In this document: positions 13,776 to 28,078 of the stretch, piece by piece | How the letters are laid out: each line of letters opens with the position of its first letter | Numbering within the stretch: position 1 is the first letter of the stretch | Assembly: GCA_964016885.1 (NCBI GenBank) | Contig: OZ024743.1 | Coordinates: 230,020,001 to 230,084,000, forward strand | Source of the DNA: Eledone cirrhosa | Lineage: Eukaryota | Reading direction: 5' to 3' | Length of the DNA stretch: 64,000 bases | Notes under the pieces: generated by a model | Told to the model about the DNA's origin: nothing | The model's database searches: none | Seen by the model: only the letters and a program-made list of their open reading frames with translations | Translations under genes and position numbers: made by a program

Positions 13776-13806
<31 letters not shown>

Positions 13807-14883
13807 GGGCCATCCGGTTTCATATTACATTATATACATGTCAGTGTATATTTTAATTATTTTAAAATTATTTTTAATTGAACATGATTTTGAAGTGAAC
13901 GTGTCCCAACGGGACACGGGTGGTCCAATATACTCTAAAGCCAAACGCCAAACAGTCACACTAGAAAAAAAAAATGACCATGCTAACACTATCATTCAAC
14001 ATCTGCAAAATACAGTATTGCACACTCCAAGTTGCAGAGGAACACTTGTTGATGTAGTAGAGGTTTGCACGAAACTGTTGAATGCAAGACAAATAACAAT
14101 CAAAGATTTAGCTGATTTAGCATATTAATTCCTCACGTATAATTTCTTTTCACCTTTCAATTGTAATTTCTTGTTTGCTGATCCTGGTTGATTAACTTGA
14201 CCTCAGCTTCTAGGTAGGTTATTGCTACTTATATCTGCTTGTTGACACGCAATCAGCCGGATCATTGCGAGATTGGTAGATATGTTAATAGCAAACGAGT
14301 TGTTAATGGAGAGGAAAGTTGATAAAATGGATGGACGGAGAAATCGTTAATTAATTAAGTATGATGGTGTGTTGATAGGTACATTAGATTGGAGATTGTT
14401 GTAAGTCTACAGATTTCAGCTTTATTATCTGGCTTTATAAAGTTGAATATTGTTTATTTCTGTTTGATTGCGTTCAATTGATTAATTGTTGCGAAATTTT
14501 GATATTAAATTTGCTGATGAAATTTGTTATTAAACTATGTCTTTCTCTTTAAGCAGTATAATGGCAACGTCAATAGATTGGTGGACAATATGTATTGAAT
14601 ATTTACTTATATCTTACAGTTTGTATTCATATTCCGCCGGGATTGATGTTACTATATCCGAGTGGATAAAGTAGCTTCTAATCAATTTATGGAGTTGATA
14701 ACTACTCCTTTTTGTATTTGACTTTGCTTCTCTGTTAGAAATCAGTACGATTATTTTCTCTAAAATATAAATTACTAATACAAGTTATATATATAGCTCG
14801 AATATTTAGTTGTAATCACTAAAGAAGATCCCTGAATATGTTATCATAGTGGTAAATATACCATATTGTGTAAAATATAGTGA

Positions 14884-14945
14884 CTTCCTGACTGATGAAC
14901 GAAGCAAATGGAACTCGCTTCGCGAAACTCTGCTACGATAGGATG
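14884..14945 (+). ncRNA. Degenerate hammerhead motif
   Basis: CTGATGA-a-cgaagc(11 nt)gcttcg-c-GAAA; stems I and III are decayed. Confidence 0.45.
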
Positions 14946-16104
14946 TGATGTGAACTAAAAAAGCAGCCACGCAGATACCTTCATGCATTGGTTCGAGGTA
15001 ACGTTATTTGTTGGGCAGTCGTAGCAATATTAGAATTGAAATAAATTATGAAATGCATTGGGGTCGTAACAATCACGTTGTTCGGCATAACAAGTACTAT
15101 ATTATTCAATCTATTAATGGGCAAGGGAAGGTTTGAGTTTACTCATAACTTCAGTAAGATTTGGTAGGATTATTGAGGTGGGATACTTTAGGTTACATAC
15201 TAAATGTGAATGCATAGAGATTGTTATAATTAAGATTATTGATATTTATTTACGGAAGTTTATTATTTGTGTTCCTATCCTGTCGACGCCAACATTGACA
15301 TTTATTGTCACGGGATCGATAGAATAAAATACCAGTCTCGCATTTAGGACGATATAATCTATTTTCAATGTTCCCCCTAATTTTGCCAATGTGAGAAAGA
15401 ATTGTTGTTGTTGAATGCTTGAGCCTCTTTTGCAAATGATGTCGGTGACTGAAATTTCCTTGATACGAGAAAACTACAGAAAAGGAAAGAAATGTGGATG
15501 GTGTATCTTCAGAAAAGCAGTATCTTCTTTACAAAGGCATTTATCCAAGAAAAAAGCAAGGAGGAAAAAGTGAGATACTAGATCTTGCGAATAAAGAGAT
15601 TTTATATGCTTTTGACCAAATGAATTGGAGGAATCCGTGACTATCGTGTAGCCGGGTGTGTGCTTAACTCGACAGGGGCAAGGCATATAGAAGCGAATGT
15701 CTGGTCTTTAAGAATAAAGATAAGATATACAATATACAGGCACTTCGCACTCATGTCCACAGACTGGTGGTGAAGTATACAGACAAAGAAAAGGAATTGG
15801 CGTTGATCCTTGGCTTGTTGGCACCAATTCAGAGTAGTGTTACTATTGGTGGTTGTAATGTTGTAATATTACAAATGTTTAGGGATCACCTCAAATAATT
15901 TGACTGCAGTTTCAACTTCTATGTGATACTAAAAATACTTCAGCAATGCTGGTATAGTCACGGCTTCTCTCGTCCTTCTCTCACTTTCTCCATCTCTCAC
16001 TACTATGTGTAAATGGGGGACCACACGCTGGAGGCAGCACAGCCCCGGCGGACAGAATCTTCGTCATCACCGTCCATGTTTATGTTGTTGTGGGTGGGGG
16101 CATA

Positions 16105-16326
16105 ATAATGATTTCTAGTATAGACACAAGGCCAGTAATTTGGTGGGAGGGAAAAGTCGATCAAATCGACCCCAGTACATTACTGGTACTTTATTTTATC
16201 GACCCCGTAAGGATGAAAGGCAAAGTTAACCTCGGCGAGATTTGAACTCAGCCTGTAAAGGACCGTAACTCAATGCTGCAAAACATGGTGTCCGACTCTC
16301 TACAGATACTGCCAATTTACCGCCCT
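16105..16326 (-). mobile_element. tRNA-derived SINE (dominant family)
   Basis: Full-length copy. Confidence 0.85.
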
Positions 16327-18199
16327 GGGGGTGGGGCATAATAATGAATGATGTTGCTGTTGGAGATCGAGATGATGGATGATGTTGTTGTGGTTCGTGA
16401 TGGAGGTTTTGGTGTTGGTAGTAAGTGTTGGTGTTGTTGTAGTTGGTGGTGATGGTGGATATTGTTTTTGACGTCGTTGTTGTCGTCGTCGTCGGTGATA
16501 GTGTTGGTGATATGGTGGATAGTGTGCTGACGTTGTCTTTGTCATTGCTGTTACTATTGTCATTGTTGCTGTTGTTAATCATGATGACGTTGGTGGATGG
16601 TATTCTGTTCGTGGTGGTGTTGGAGATAGGGAATGATACGGTTGTTGATGACATTGTTTCTATCAGCTATTGTTATTTTCATCGTTGCTATTAGTGGCGC
16701 AGTTGTTTTGCTATTGTCATTCAACAAAGCAACATGTACTCTAAGTAGCTTCCTTAGGTATGTGTGACTGAGTGTATGTAGAAAGAGGAAAGCGTGGGTG
16801 AGAGGGGAGTGCAAGAGCGACAAGGTGTAAGAATGGGTTCGTGCGTGTGGCTGTGTGAGTCTGTAGGTTAGGTGTATCCGTGTGCTTGTATATGTTTATA
16901 AAAGAAATAGTGATGACATCAATGTATATGTATCTACAATGTATGCTTGTATATGTTTGTGAACCTATGCGTACTGTATGTATGTGTCTGGATGCATTTG
17001 TGTTTATGTTTGTGCATGTGTATGTATAGGGTGATGAGTGTTGGGTGGAGAAGTATTTGGTCGAGTGGGGAATTTTTTTTTGTTAACCCCTCCCCCCATC
17101 CTCCCTCTTTACCCATCAACACATCCCCCAGCACCGGCATTAGTTGTTATGTTTTCATTAAAACATTGGAAAAACGGATTGAAAGGAAATGTAAGAAATG
17201 GTCCGTCTGTGTGTGTGTGTGTGCGTCTGTATATGTATGTATCTGTGTGTGTGTTTGTATCTGTGTGTGTGTGTGTTTGTATCTGTGTGTGCTTCTTTCA
17301 GTGTGTGTATATCTCTGCGTGTATATATGTATGATTGAGCGCTTGTGAGTACTTGTCTGTGTATAAGTGTGAATGCATGTATTTGTATGCGCGTTGCGTG
17401 TATGCATGCACGTATGAGTGTATAATTGTGTTCATGTAATTTTGTTTGTGATTATACCTGTGCCTATGTATGTATCTGCATGGATTCTGTGTGTGATAGT
17501 GTGTGTGTATGTGTGTGATGCGAAGTGCTTATGTATGTATCTGTATGGATTACGTTTGAGTGTATGTATGTTTTTATGTATGTATGTGATGCGAAGTAGG
17601 ATGTCCTTTCATGTATGCACATGCATCTGTAACGGTTTCTATGTGGATGAATGTGTCATTATGTTTGATTAAAAGTTATTCTGTTCTCTTTGGAGTGAGA
17701 GTGAGGCTGTTTAAGGATTATTGCGTAGGGAGGGGGAAGTTTCACCACCTGGCAACAGGTTTTGTTTAGACAATTTACACAATGTGGAATAAATAGGCTT
17801 TCATTAGAGTTAGGAAAGTGGTGTTGGTGTTGGTGGTGGTGGTTATCTTTTTAGTGGTGGTAGTAGTGGTGGGGCTGGTTATGATGACAGTAGTCGTAAT
17901 AGTGCTGTTGGTAGTTGGGGTAGCATTGGTTTTGGTTATGATGATGATTATGAAGGAATATGGAGGAGGAGGTAAGTGAGTATGATGGCTGTGATGGCAG
18001 ATAATAGAATTATAAACATGATAATCATTATGATAACGATAATGACAGTGGGAAAAGATGACAGTGGGTGTTCGGCTCTTCCACGTTCGGACCATATCCT
18101 TGTGGTTGTGTTCATCAAGCAGTTAATGAGTTTGTTTATGTATAGACATAGGTACTATTGTCACTTTATTTCCCCATTATTTCTCTATTACGTGATTTC

Positions 18200-18341
18200 T
18201 TTGGATTTGTAGTATCGGTAGAGCGACGGACACCATGCTTTGACGCATAGAGTTACGGCCCTTGCAATTCTGAGTTCAAATCCCGCCGAGGTTAACTTTG
18301 CTTTATATCCTTACGGGGTCGATAAAATAAAATATCAGTAA
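18200..18341 (+). mobile_element. tRNA-derived SINE, 3'-truncated
   Basis: Head and core present. Confidence 0.8.
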
Positions 18342-18632
18342 TCTTTCAATTGTGGATCTTTTGATGACAGTACCACTAAAAGTGTGGCAGCAGCAGAGTT
18401 ACTATCGAATAAAATACATAAAATGAGTCACCCTCAAAAGAGGGAACTCCGAATTTCACCGCATTTCCTTGTCTCAGATGCAATGACACAGTGACTATCG
18501 TAACGGGGAAATCTAAAATCAATAATACATGATCTACATCGCAAAAATCTCTGCACACAAAAAACCCCAATAAAGTGACATTAGGTGTATGTATTTGTCA
18601 GTATCACACTCCACCCTGTTACGAGGATTGAC
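18342..18632. repeat. ~290-bp direct repeat, copy 1 (copy 2 at ~20800-21100)
   Basis: Shared sequence tttcaat(t/c)gtggatcttttgatgacagtacc...acgaggattga. Confidence 0.85.
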
Positions 18633-20299
18633 TCAAATGAAGACGATTTTAATGCCTGAAATCGATGTTTATGCAATGATAACGAAGATTGTTGTGGTGG
18701 AGATGAAATGGGTAAACAATGCAGTAGTATTAGCTGTTGTTGTTATTGTTGTTTTCTTGTTGATTGTTAAGCCCTGCCTTAGCCTTATTGAGCATATTTA
18801 TGATAAAAGAAGGCAAGCTAGCAAACACCATTTATTTTTCTTCTAATCTCGTGTTTATAGCATAACCACATTATCCAATGTCTCTATCATATTTGTACTA
18901 CGTTAGGATGGGATAAAATAGAGGTTTAACTGTACTTTCAAGGATGTTGAGAGACCATGAATAGGCTAATCTTTTAGGTTGTTTTTCCTTGTGTTCAGAA
19001 ATCAGTCATTGTTAGGAATTCTGTTAATCCTTTCGTTACCATATTTCTCTCATGAAGCTGTTGTTTGGAACATAATTTAACAAGGGTTCTTAAATAAAAC
19101 TGATGCATGATTTGCAGATATATGTATGTACTCGTACACTTGAAAATAAAATAATTAGGATCGTAGAGCTTGGGGCAGTTTCAGTCGGTTTTCAATCAAA
19201 AAGGTTATATTTCTCGGGAATTTCCACAAAGAAAAATATTTAATATGTAATCAATTCAATAACTCACATAGTAATACATTTTCCTATCACACTTTTTTCT
19301 ATCTCAACTTCTAGGTTAAGATTTGATTGCTACTTCTAGCTGTTTGTGGGGTCACGCCAAGCAACTTATTTGCTTCTAATTATAATATTCATGAGTATCG
19401 TTCTTGTGATGGAAATATTGTATGTTTTAAGTTAATAATGTTTGTAGTGTAAGACTGGTAGAGTTGGGGCGTAATAGTGGCGATAGTATAGGTAGTATTG
19501 GAGATAACAGTGTTAATGATAATGATACTATTGGTAGTGTTGTTGGTATGTGTTGGTTGTATCGATGGTAATAGCAGAGGTAGTGATATTGGGTTTATGG
19601 GCGTAGATGGATGCCCATTGTTATGATAATGACGATATTGATGGAATTATTATAATGATAATGGAAGGTAATAATTATGATGTCATGATGATGTTATTGA
19701 TGATAGTGATGGTGATGTTAATGAGGATAGTGATTGTATTTGTGATGATTGCATTGTTCGTATTGCTGGTGGAGGACGCTGCGTTGATCGTGTTATTTAT
19801 TCATCGCAGTAGTTACGTTACTGGCCATAATCGAAATGGTAATGATGAGAACGGTGGTGATGTGATTGTTTTGATTTCAGGTGGTCATCAAATGTCACTA
19901 GTTAGTGGGATGGAGTCATACAGATTATTTCTTAGTAACACTGTTTTCGAAGAAACTTTAAACAAAATTCTTAAAAAGGATTGTCAATTAGGAACGACAA
20001 CAGGGGGAAATAGAGCGATGCTTTGTATATTGCTTTAAATAAAAGGGAATTGGAAATAGAGGAAAGAATATAGAAGTCAGAAAAAAAAATCGTGCCTTTT
20101 CATGCGCTTTTATCTTGAATGGAGATGTGGAAGTCCATAGAGATTTTGTGGCAATGACAAAATGAATGAAATTAGATTCATCGATAGCTTGAAACAGGTA
20201 GGCCTCTCTGAGAGGCTGAGAGAAGGAGACAGAGAGAGATGTGAGTGTGTGTATATGTACGTATGTATGTATGTGTGTATGTATGGATAGATATGGATG

Positions 20300-20540
<241 letters not shown>

Positions 20541-23500
20541 AGAGAAATAGAGTTAAAGGAAGACATATACAGGGGATTATTAAGAAGTGAAAGCAGTGTG
20601 ATAGAGCAGAGCGAGTTTCGAAGATATCGATATTGAAATAAGTTTTATCAATGCAGAATTCACACACGCATATAAAGTAACAGTTAGAAATGTACATAGG
20701 CGCTTCCATGTTTTATGCTTCTCCATTGAATCTGATCATTATCATCTTCTTCTTGATTTGAGCATCCTTTGGGGACTTTATATCCAAATCCATCTTTTCT
20801 TTCAATCGTGGATCTTTTGATGACAGTACCACTAAAAGTGTGGCAGCAGCAGACTTACTATCGAATATAATACATAAAAATGAGTCACCCTCAAAAGAGG
20901 GAACTCCGAATTTCACCGCATTTCCTTGTCTCAGATGCAATGATGCAGTGACTACCGTAACGGGGAAATGTAAGATCAATAATACATGTTTTATATCGCA
21001 AAATTCTCTGCACACAAAAAAAAAACCAATTAGGTGTATGTAAACCCCATTAGATGTATGTATTTCTCACTATCACACTCTTCCCTGTGACGAGGATTGA
21101 TCCAGTAATGACCCAAACCATCTGTGACATACTCCTCTATTAAGAGTAGTCAATCTGTCGAAAGAGCCTCAAAACCAACTCTCATATCTTGTTACACACA
21201 TTTTTTGTGTTTATGAGATGAATCAAAGACTTGACAAAAAGAAACATTTTCATAGAATAAGCCTTTACAATAAAGGTTTATTAGTATAATAGTTATAAGA
21301 TGTAAGAAAAGTTTTAACGTTTCGGATGCTAGTTCTTCTTGGCGGCAGGTATATATACACTGTAAGATGTCTTTTCATTTTAATGACGCTCGAGTATGAT
21401 GTGAAGATATTGTTACTAATTCCTCCGCATCACACGATTACCCACAGTCTGGATATAGAACCTCTGCAGTGGAGGCAAATTGCAAACTCATAAGACTATG
21501 TCTGTGCTCACCAGTCCTGAAAAAAATAATGAACCCTAAATTCTAGACATGTATCATATATTAAATTATTATTTTGGTCCTCCACTTCCGCAACTAACAG
21601 CTACATCCTGTGCTTCTTCTCTAGAACAGTGCCTTCCTAATATTCTCTCCTTGTAAATGACGATCCAGCCAGATTTCTATTGTAAAAGTGTAAAGTGAAC
21701 ACCAACAGATTTAATCTCATTTGTTTCGCAGGTCCGGATAATGTTAGTCATCAGCCCCGTCCACAGAGAGCAAGGAAAAAAAAAAGGCTAATTGTATGTT
21801 TAAGATATATTTCCAGAGAATTTGAGGGTGATTGGCATCAAATTTTATTGAAAGGGAAATAACGCCTAAGTTTGAGACTCTGAAGGTGAAACACACTTCC
21901 AACAAAGTTATTGTAGTGGTGTTACAGGTGTATTAAGTTAGTATTAGATTAAACCAAACTAGTTCTACAGCTTCTGTAAAGTTGACGCACTTGCAAGTCG
22001 TGTGTGTGTGTATGAGTGTGTGTATGGGTTTGTGTATATGTGTGGGTTCCGGATGCCAACATGTACAAGTCATGTCATTGCCTTGTAAGTGATGTTTATA
22101 TCTCAGCCCAACTCTTTCTTCCTCAGTATAGAATATTGGGCCAGCTGGTGGGAAATTAAGGAAACTTGTTGCTAATGTCATCTCAAACTATTGACTTAGC
22201 GGTAAACATCTGTAGCTGAGGAGAAATGTAATTTGTAGCAAGTGATCTGTCACAGCTGTAGAAATGCATACCTCCCTCAATTTATCTTTCTATCTATCTG
22301 CCCTATGTAATTTGTGTATTTACATCTCTCACCCCCCCCCCCTCTATATATATATAATATGAAAGTTCTAGTCCCGTAGGGGCCATTCTATATTAAACTT
22401 GATGTTTACATTTTACTAATGGATTGAGTATCTTACTTATTCTGGTTACCCCTATTGAACCCGGGGCTCATATATATATTGTTATACTTCGGGATGGTAA
22501 TTTGACCAATATAACCTCACACTCTATACTATTTTCACAGTAGCTTTTTTATTAGTTAGTTCGTCAAAGTGTTTCCATCATACAATCTCTGACCTCCTCA
22601 TTGACGTTTATTGTTTTCGGTCTCTTTTCCTTTTTTTAGCCTCAATCCGCTTACTCCATTTTTCATTCTCAGATACGTTTTATTCTCTGTGCATGCATTA
22701 GCACCTGTGTCTGTGTGTATGTCTTTATTTGGCTTGTGTGGAGGTTTGTATATTGCACTGTTTGTAAGGTCTCTTCGCTTTTTTTCACTTGCGTACCTTA
22801 TTCTATCTTTAATCGTTAGGTTGTTGGGCGGGGATATTAATATTCCCTTCATGTTTCCTATTGAGGCTTGGTCTGCTTTCTATTATGTCTGTGGCCTCCT
22901 TAATTTATTTGAGTGTTGTATCGATTCTACGTGTGTATGGAATCATCACATTTATATTATCTATCAAGCCCCTACGTTCTAGCTTAGCATATTGGTATAA
23001 CACTGACGAGCTTTTCTCGTAATGTGTGTTTGTCGGTCTATTTTCCCGCCCGCTTTTATGCCCGTCTACATTTGTGCCTACCTACCTACATGTCTGTCTG
23101 TTTATTTCTTTCCTAATGTAAATCATTGTAAATAATATTTGAGAAAATTAGGTAAAGTACTCATCGAGACGGAAAAATTGGACAGGTGTCGGCACGAAAC
23201 CAGTATTTTTATGGACATTATGTTGAGACGCACACATCTCAAATGTCAAGTACCCTAATGCGTCTCAGGTGAAATGGAATATATCATTTAACTCGATTTC
23301 TTACTTTCTTCCTTTTTACCTTTCTTTTTCTGTTTTCATTTTTTACCTCTTTTTTTTCAGTCTCACGAGGCCATCGTTGCTATAAAGTGCGCAATACGTT
23401 CTTGACGTCCCATGATATGCTATGTGTACTAGTTATGGGTTAATTACTGTAAGCTTTTGTTTTGTCTAGTCGTTTACTCCAGCAATAGCGCTTTGGCTTG

Positions 23501-23750
23501 TTTGCCGGACGCTGTGTCCGCGAGTGGACCAGCAGTACCGTTGGTAGGATCGAAACTGCAGAAGACTTTGGAGATCTGTGTCGTTTATTTGTCTTTTTTT
23601 TTTGCCATTGTGGTTATAATTAAAAAATGTTTTAAAGGTTTTCCCCTGAAAAAAGAAAAATTGTCGCTCTGTCTTGGTTTCATTCGTCTTGTTTTCCGTT
23701 TTTTTCTCTTTGACAATTATCCTAATTTTATACATACATGCATATATAAA

Positions 23751-24097
23751 TATTAGAAATGTAAGCTATCGCTGTATTTTGACTAAAGAAATTAAAGAAA
23801 TTATTTAGCCTGATAGTGGGGTTAAGAACCCTCGGAGAAATGAAAAAAGAAGAGTATTGACGTACATGGGAGTCGAACCCACATGTTTGGTTATCCGGAC
23901 CACTGTGTGCCATTTACACCAACGTTGGTGTGAATGGTAGCACAGTGATCCGGATAACCAAACATGTGGGTTCGACTCCCATGTACGTCAATACTCATCT
24001 TTTTCCATTTCTCCGAGGGTTCTTAACCCCACTATCAGGCTAAATAATTTCTTTAATTTCTTTAGTCAAAATACGGCGATAGCATACATTTCTAATA
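23751..24097. repeat. Spacerless 347-bp palindrome with two divergent tRNA-like units
   Basis: Centre aac|gtt at 23923/23924; ~173-bp arms with few mismatches. Confidence 0.92.
23921..23990 (+). pseudogene. tRNA-like sequence (tRNA pseudogene or SINE head), mirrored on the - strand
   Basis: A box tggtgtgaatgg, D-stem gtgt/gcac, T-arm gtggg-TTCGACT-cccat, downstream T-run. Anticodon loop is non-canonical and the 5' acceptor strand is disrupted. Confidence 0.65.
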
Positions 24098-24144
24098 ATT
24101 TCAAACCCACTCGCTGTTTCGAAAATATTCTATATATAAATATA

Positions 24145-24418
24145 TATAAAGAAAAAAAGATGAAATCGAAAATGCAACTGGAGTCTCATTTTAAAAAAAA
24201 TATATATATTTATTTGGTTCCTTTACCGGTTTCGCAGTTCTGCTTTTCAAAAGTAGAGTTGAGATGGAGGGTCTGTGGTTTTTCTCACCCTCCATCTCAA
24301 CTCTACTTTTGAAAAGCAGAAGAACCGCGAAACCGGTAAAGGAACCAAATAAATATATATATTTAAAAAAAAAATAAGACTCCAGTTGCATTTTCGATTT
24401 CATCTTTTTTTCTTTATA
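24145..24418. repeat. Fold-back repeat (~130-bp arms, 14-nt loop) with a hammerhead variant in each arm
   Basis: Arms 24145-24272 and 24287-24418; motifs at 24220-24254 (-) and 24305-24342 (+). Confidence 0.88.
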
Positions 24419-24479
24419 CTTTCACTCGTGTAGGACACCTCGGTTATTTTTCATTTTGTAAAAAAAACCTCACTTTCTA

Positions 24480-24553
<74 letters not shown>

Positions 24554-24600
24554 ATATATATATATTTCTATGCTTTTCATTTAATTATATATATATTTTA

Positions 24601-24664
<64 letters not shown>

Positions 24665-25287
24665 CTATGCTTTTCATTTAAATATATATGTATATATAAA
24701 CATAAATTATCGAGATTCGCATTTCGGCCCACGAAATAACGAAAAACAACCTCCGAGATGTGAGGCAAGTGCTCAATGGTTCGGATGAACCAGAGCTATA
24801 ACAAACGTTAAACGCCAAACACACTGAGACGATGGTTAAACAATAATTCGCATAGCCAAAAAAAAACGATCAAGTAATTCGGGTATTGAAAATTTACCCG
24901 GACCCCTGGAAGGTTGGTAAAATCCAGTATCTGTGTTTCTGCGGCTCCTAAATCAAGTACCGTCCGCTTACATAAATAACGCCAGGCTTCTGGTAAGATG
25001 ATTGAACAAGGAAGCCACTTTCTCAACAGGTTTTAGTTCAATGTTAATACAAGGACTGACTATTGGTGACTCCACGTGGGGATCGGCAAGGGAGGCAGCC
25101 CCTATATCAGGCGAATAACTTCAGTTATGTATATTTTTGCAAGAATGCAAAAACATCACAAATCGAATAGAGTTCTCATCAGAGGGGTTAACATTTACAT
25201 AAGCTATTCATCAGTCAATAGAATCAACTAAAAAATCAAGAAAATTAACTGGTCAATAGCTAGAGTCTGGAGATAAATACAAACAAA

Positions 25288-25420
<133 letters not shown>

Positions 25421-26245
25421 CATATATATAATTGTTTCACTGATAGAGTTGTCTAAAAATTGCTGAGCAGTGCCACTCAATTTTAAATACGACGTTAACT
25501 ATATTAGATCTTCGGAAACTGTTAAATATATATATATGTAACCGGTAAATTTACAAATTCAAATTACATCATCAATAATAATTGTTTCTACGTTTGGCAC
25601 AAGGCCAGCAATTACCCAATACATTACGGGTACTTTATTTTATCGACCCCGTAAGGATGAAAGGCAAAGTTAACTTCGGCGTTTAATAATAAAGATATAG
25701 AGTGAAAAGGAGGAAGAAAGGGAGATGGATACAGTAAAGGAAGAAAGGAAAGGAAGGAGAAAGAAGAAGAAGGAAAAAGAAAAAGAAAAAGAAATAGAGA
25801 AAGTAGAAAAAGGAGAAATTATTATAGATAAAATATAAAGAGAAGAAGATATATAGAAGATCATGGTAGATAGAGGAGAGACAAACATAAGTAGAAATAA
25901 CATAGGAGAGAAAGAAGAATAGAGGGACAAATAAATGAATATACGTTAATACATGAATAAATGTAGATAAAAATAAAAGTAGATATATAAAATTTAAATG
26001 AAAAAATATATAAAAATATATAAAAATATATAAAAAAAATTGATAAATAAATAAATAAGTTATATCTAAAGTGATATAAAATGGTATAAATTGTGAAAAA
26101 CGAAGAATAAAAATAAATACGTAAAAGGAGTAAATCGAGTAAAAATGTGCGAAGAATATTTAAACATATTAAAATTATTGAGAATGGTTTTTGAGAGAGA
26201 TAATAAGGTGAAAATATGATAATGTTAAATATATTTATGTGTGTA

Positions 26246-27213
26246 CTAGCAGTAAAGCCCGGCGTTGCTCGGGGTCGCTCAGTAGCTGTGTTAAAGTTAC
26301 AATGTTAAGTTTCTTTCTTGGCTTAAAAACTGTAGTGTCTACTGTGCAGACTTGCATGTGGTGTTTTTGATTAATATTCCCTCAACCAACAATATGCCTT
26401 ATGAAGTTAAGAAAACATAACGATAACCCGAATGTTATAACAAAAGAGGATGCTGGGGATAGAAACTGCACTGGTTATTTATTAACAAAGATCGAAAATG
26501 TAAACACTGCAACGCAGAGAAAAACATTAGCGTAACCAAATTATCAGTTATGTCTGTCTGCACGCCTATATCACCTCTCTGCACGACTGTCTGTCTGCAC
26601 GCCTATATCACCTCTCTGCACGACTGTCTGTCTGCACGCCTATATCACCTCTCTGCACGACTGCCTGTCTGCACGCCTATATCACCTCTCTGCACGACTG
26701 TCTGTCTGCACGCCTATATCACCTCTCTGCACGACTGTCTGTCTGCACGCCTAACGACGAAATATTTGCTTGTTTTACGTAGTCTTTAAATAGACTTGTT
26801 TTCAAGTAAAAATATTGTTTTAAAATGCTTTTAAATGGAAATGAAGCAAAACGGAAGCTTAGTGTTCGAACTGATGAATTTTGCAGGTCAATATTTTGCT
26901 GGCTCGACAACTGTTCGTGTATTGTGTTAATGTCATTTTAAATGCTGAGAAAGCCAGCGTAATTTTTTACGTAAGACGCTCAATGTAAACAGAACAAAGG
27001 GAAATAACTGATAACTTACGCTCAAAAATCGATACATTATATTCGATTTCGTAACATAGGTTGGGTCAATTTGAAATATTTTTTTCCGATGTCTTCGCTA
27101 GGGCTCAATGTACAAGTATAGCAATTTCGGTGCAATTCCGTGAGAGATTCTAAGAGGAGATGTGTGCCAAAAATCGATAGACAGACAGACAACCACAGTT
27201 TTATATATATAGA
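26246..27213 (-). mobile_element. Non-autonomous Helitron, 968 bp
   Basis: Minus strand starts TC(tatatatataaaac) and ends with hairpin cccgagcaacgccggg, 8 nt, then CTAG. Inserted between A and T with no TSD. Confidence 0.88.
26551..26752. repeat. 37-bp minisatellite, ~5.4 copies, inside the Helitron
   Basis: Unit tgtctgtctgcacgcctatatcacctctctgcacgac. Confidence 0.95.
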
Positions 27214-27272
27214 TTGGTTATTTTAGTAAATGAATTAATTAATTAGTTTTAAGTTATATTATATGATAAAAT

Positions 27273-27463
27273 AGGGCGGTGGATTGGCAGTATCGGTAGA
27301 GGGTCGGACGCCATGCTTTCCAGCATAGTTACGTCCCTTTACGATCTGAGTTCAAATCCCGCCGAGGTTGACTTTGCCTTTCATCCTTACGGGGTCGATA
27401 AAATAAAGTACCAGTAATGCACTGGGTAATTGCTGGCCTTGTGCCAAAAGTAGAAACAATTAT
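27273..27463 (+). mobile_element. tRNA-derived SINE (dominant family)
   Basis: Near-consensus copy. Confidence 0.85.
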
Positions 27464-28078
27464 ATGATAAAATAAAATGACAGAGATGAAATAAATTTAG
27501 GGAGAGAAATATAAAGATAATTAGTCAAAAATAGAGATATATAAAATAAGAATGTAAATATAAGAGGTTTTGAGGTTGTTCTTTGATCAATGATGACAAT
27601 TATAATTATAATTATAATTATAATGATGATGATGTTGATAATGTGATATCATAATAGATCCAAGTGGTACAATCTGGGTTATGGAATAGATAAAATGGAA
27701 TTAAGCTTGTCTAAAGTTCTCAAATTTAGACGCCGGTTTATTTCGACAAAAAATAGTTTTTTCATTTATTTGTCCCTCTATTCTTCTTTCCATCCTATGT
27801 TATTTCTACTTATGTTTGTCTCTTCTCTATCTACCACCATCTTCTATATATCTTCTTCTCTTTATATTTCTACCTATACTAATTTCTCCTTTTTCTTCTT
27901 CTTTCTCTTTTTCTTTTTCTTTTTCTTTCTTCTTCATTCTCCTTCCTTTTCTTTCTTTCTTTACTGTATCTATCCCCTTTCTTCCTCCTTTTCTCTCTAT
28001 ATCTTTATTATTAATATTATTATTAATGATGTAATTTGAATCTGTAAATTTGCCGGTTACATATATATATTTTTAACA

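Noticed and set aside
13805-14128. 107-aa ORF with a nearby hairpin cgtgtcccaacgggacacg
   Set aside because: No recognisable domain or element termini.
20600-20660. TTGATAA...GAAA on the - strand as a U3-A8 hammerhead
   Set aside because: No credible stem I or stem II.
23921-23990. Functional tRNA gene
   Set aside because: The acceptor stem is broken and the anticodon loop lacks U33 and purine 37.
26551-26752. 37-bp repeats as a CRISPR array
   Set aside because: Contiguous tandem units with no spacers and no cas genes, inside a eukaryotic Helitron.
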